A stretch of 63,891 bases of DNA, filler included, from Octopus bimaculoides (Eukaryota), in assembly GCF_001194135.2 (NCBI RefSeq). It is 6 parts of 5 records of this genome, joined end to end, with 100 filler letters (N's around TTAATTAATTAA, not from the genome) between each part and the next. Parts side by side here need not be neighbours in the genome. Positions count along the whole stretch, not along the records: positions 51,129 to 62,522 come from NC_068998.1; positions 62,623 to 63,891 come from NC_068984.1; 4 more parts are not named here. One strand, written 5' to 3'. Position numbers and translations under genes: made by a program. Every line of letters begins with the position of its first letter. The stretch's first letter is position 1. Under the pieces are notes generated by a model. The model worked only from the letters and a program-made list of their open reading frames with translations, had not been told where the DNA came from and made no database searches. Below, in pieces: positions 62,499 through 63,891 of this stretch.

Positions 62499-63891
62499 TA
62501 CATACATATACATATATATATANNNNNNNNNNNNNNNNNNNNNNNNNNNNNNNNNNNNNNNNNNNNTTAATTAATTAANNNNNNNNNNNNNNNNNNNNNN
62601 NNNNNNNNNNNNNNNNNNNNNNATATATATATATATGCGTCGGAAATTTGTGCAAAAGATAATGTGATGGCGTGTCAATTATAACATGGAACTTTCATAA
62701 TTAATTGACTTAAGTAATAAATTAATAAACAGAGTTTGTTGTTGAATGAATTAAATCTAACATGTCTATTTAATAAATGCGAAGTTGAGAAAAAGCAGGA
62801 AATTCTGTAAAAGACACACACACTCACATACACATACTCACACTCACACTCGCACATACACATATACATATACATATACAAACTAACACAATGAAAACTG
62901 AATCAAATAAAGCTGCAAAGAGGGCATGGAGATGGGCGAATGAGAGAACAAATAATAAAGCAACTACAGGAGAGATTAAGAGACAGAAACGGAGGGGAGA
63001 AGGAGAGGAAGAGGGAGAGAGAGTGTGTGAAACTGAGGGAGATAGTAAGTGATGGCTGTCAGCTTGAAGGTGGAGGTGGAGTAAAAGTATGCTCACATAA
63101 TTGATTCATTACAATGTTTAGAAATGATCTTATCAACCTATTTTTTTGTTGCTGCTCTTCGTGGCGCTAGTGTTGGTGGCGGTGGTAATTATTTTCCAGT
63201 TGTTTGTCATTGCTGGGTAACCTCTTGTACAGGTCTATCAATTGGTACAGAACTTAGTAGTAGTAGTAGATTTGTAACTAAAGGAGGAATCAAATTGGTA
63301 TTTTCTGTCCATCTATATTTAAGACATTTCGTGGAATAGAGTCAACATCATCGTCCGCACCACCTAAATTAGCTAATTTTAAAAGATCAATTTCTAATCT
63401 CATGAACTCTGCGTCCTAATAAGTTGTTGTTTACATTTGAAAATTTCTGAACGTAGTCCTGAAATAAGTTTTTTCGTAATTCAAGACCGGAAAATATACT
63501 TACTTCTCCCTGAAGATATCTGGCAACACATATCGCTTATTACATCTATGACAGTTAAAATATTGATGATTCAAACATACTGTCGGATTGAAACGTGTGT
63601 AGGATTTTTTTCGGATATTTTTGTCTGTTTTGTTGATCCGGTTCCTTTTATATTTGATCTTAAAGATATCTCATTTAATTTGCATTACTTTTCCATTGTG
63701 ATACAAATAAAATGAACCAAGCATCTATTATTTTTTTTCTTATCCATTTTCTTCTATCAACTTTATAATCTATGAGACTCTTTATACATATATATCGAGG
63801 AACTTTCTATGAATATATTTGATAAAACCCAGCTGGCATCTGGATTGTTATCAACAATCCCTTACAGGGAAATTGCTTCATCAAATTGTGT

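Noticed and set aside
63120-63720. Several short exon-like segments, including a GAA|GTAAGT donor near 63505 on minus
   Set aside because: No consistent frame or recognisable protein; the implied intron of about 45 nt is implausibly short.

Overview
Gap-ridden, AT-rich eukaryotic genomic window dominated by microsatellites and decayed mobile elements. The SINE families and repeat landscape point to an octopus/coleoid cephalopod (inference). No host protein-coding gene could be confidently identified; nearly all long ORFs in the track are simple-repeat or N-run artefacts. Supported features: a Chapaev3/CMC-like transposase pseudogene with one terminal repeat (20.0-21.5 kb), four Penelope-like (PLE) fragments, two Dong/R4-like LINE fragments, RTE, CR1-like and Tx1-like LINE remnants, three Tc1/mariner remnants, a Helitron helicase remnant, a piggyBac-type MITE, fold-back elements and many tRNA-derived SINEs. 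Top candidates for a second look: (1) a ~350-nt unit at 27.1-27.75 kb, present as two circularly permuted, oppositely oriented copies, with a type I hammerhead ribozyme-like core, i.e. a putative cephalopod retrozyme; (2) an inverted pair of exon-like paralogous segments at 33.2-33.8 kb, where one copy has an in-frame TAG exactly where the other has TGG, placing a UAG adenosine opposite a C in the predicted duplex (possible ADAR stop-to-Trp recoding); (3) a degenerate HDV-like ribozyme fold at 55.7 kb. Five 100-nt gap markers (44 N + TTAATTAATTAA + 44 N) are artificial, so contiguity across them is not guaranteed. All alignments and translations were done by eye.
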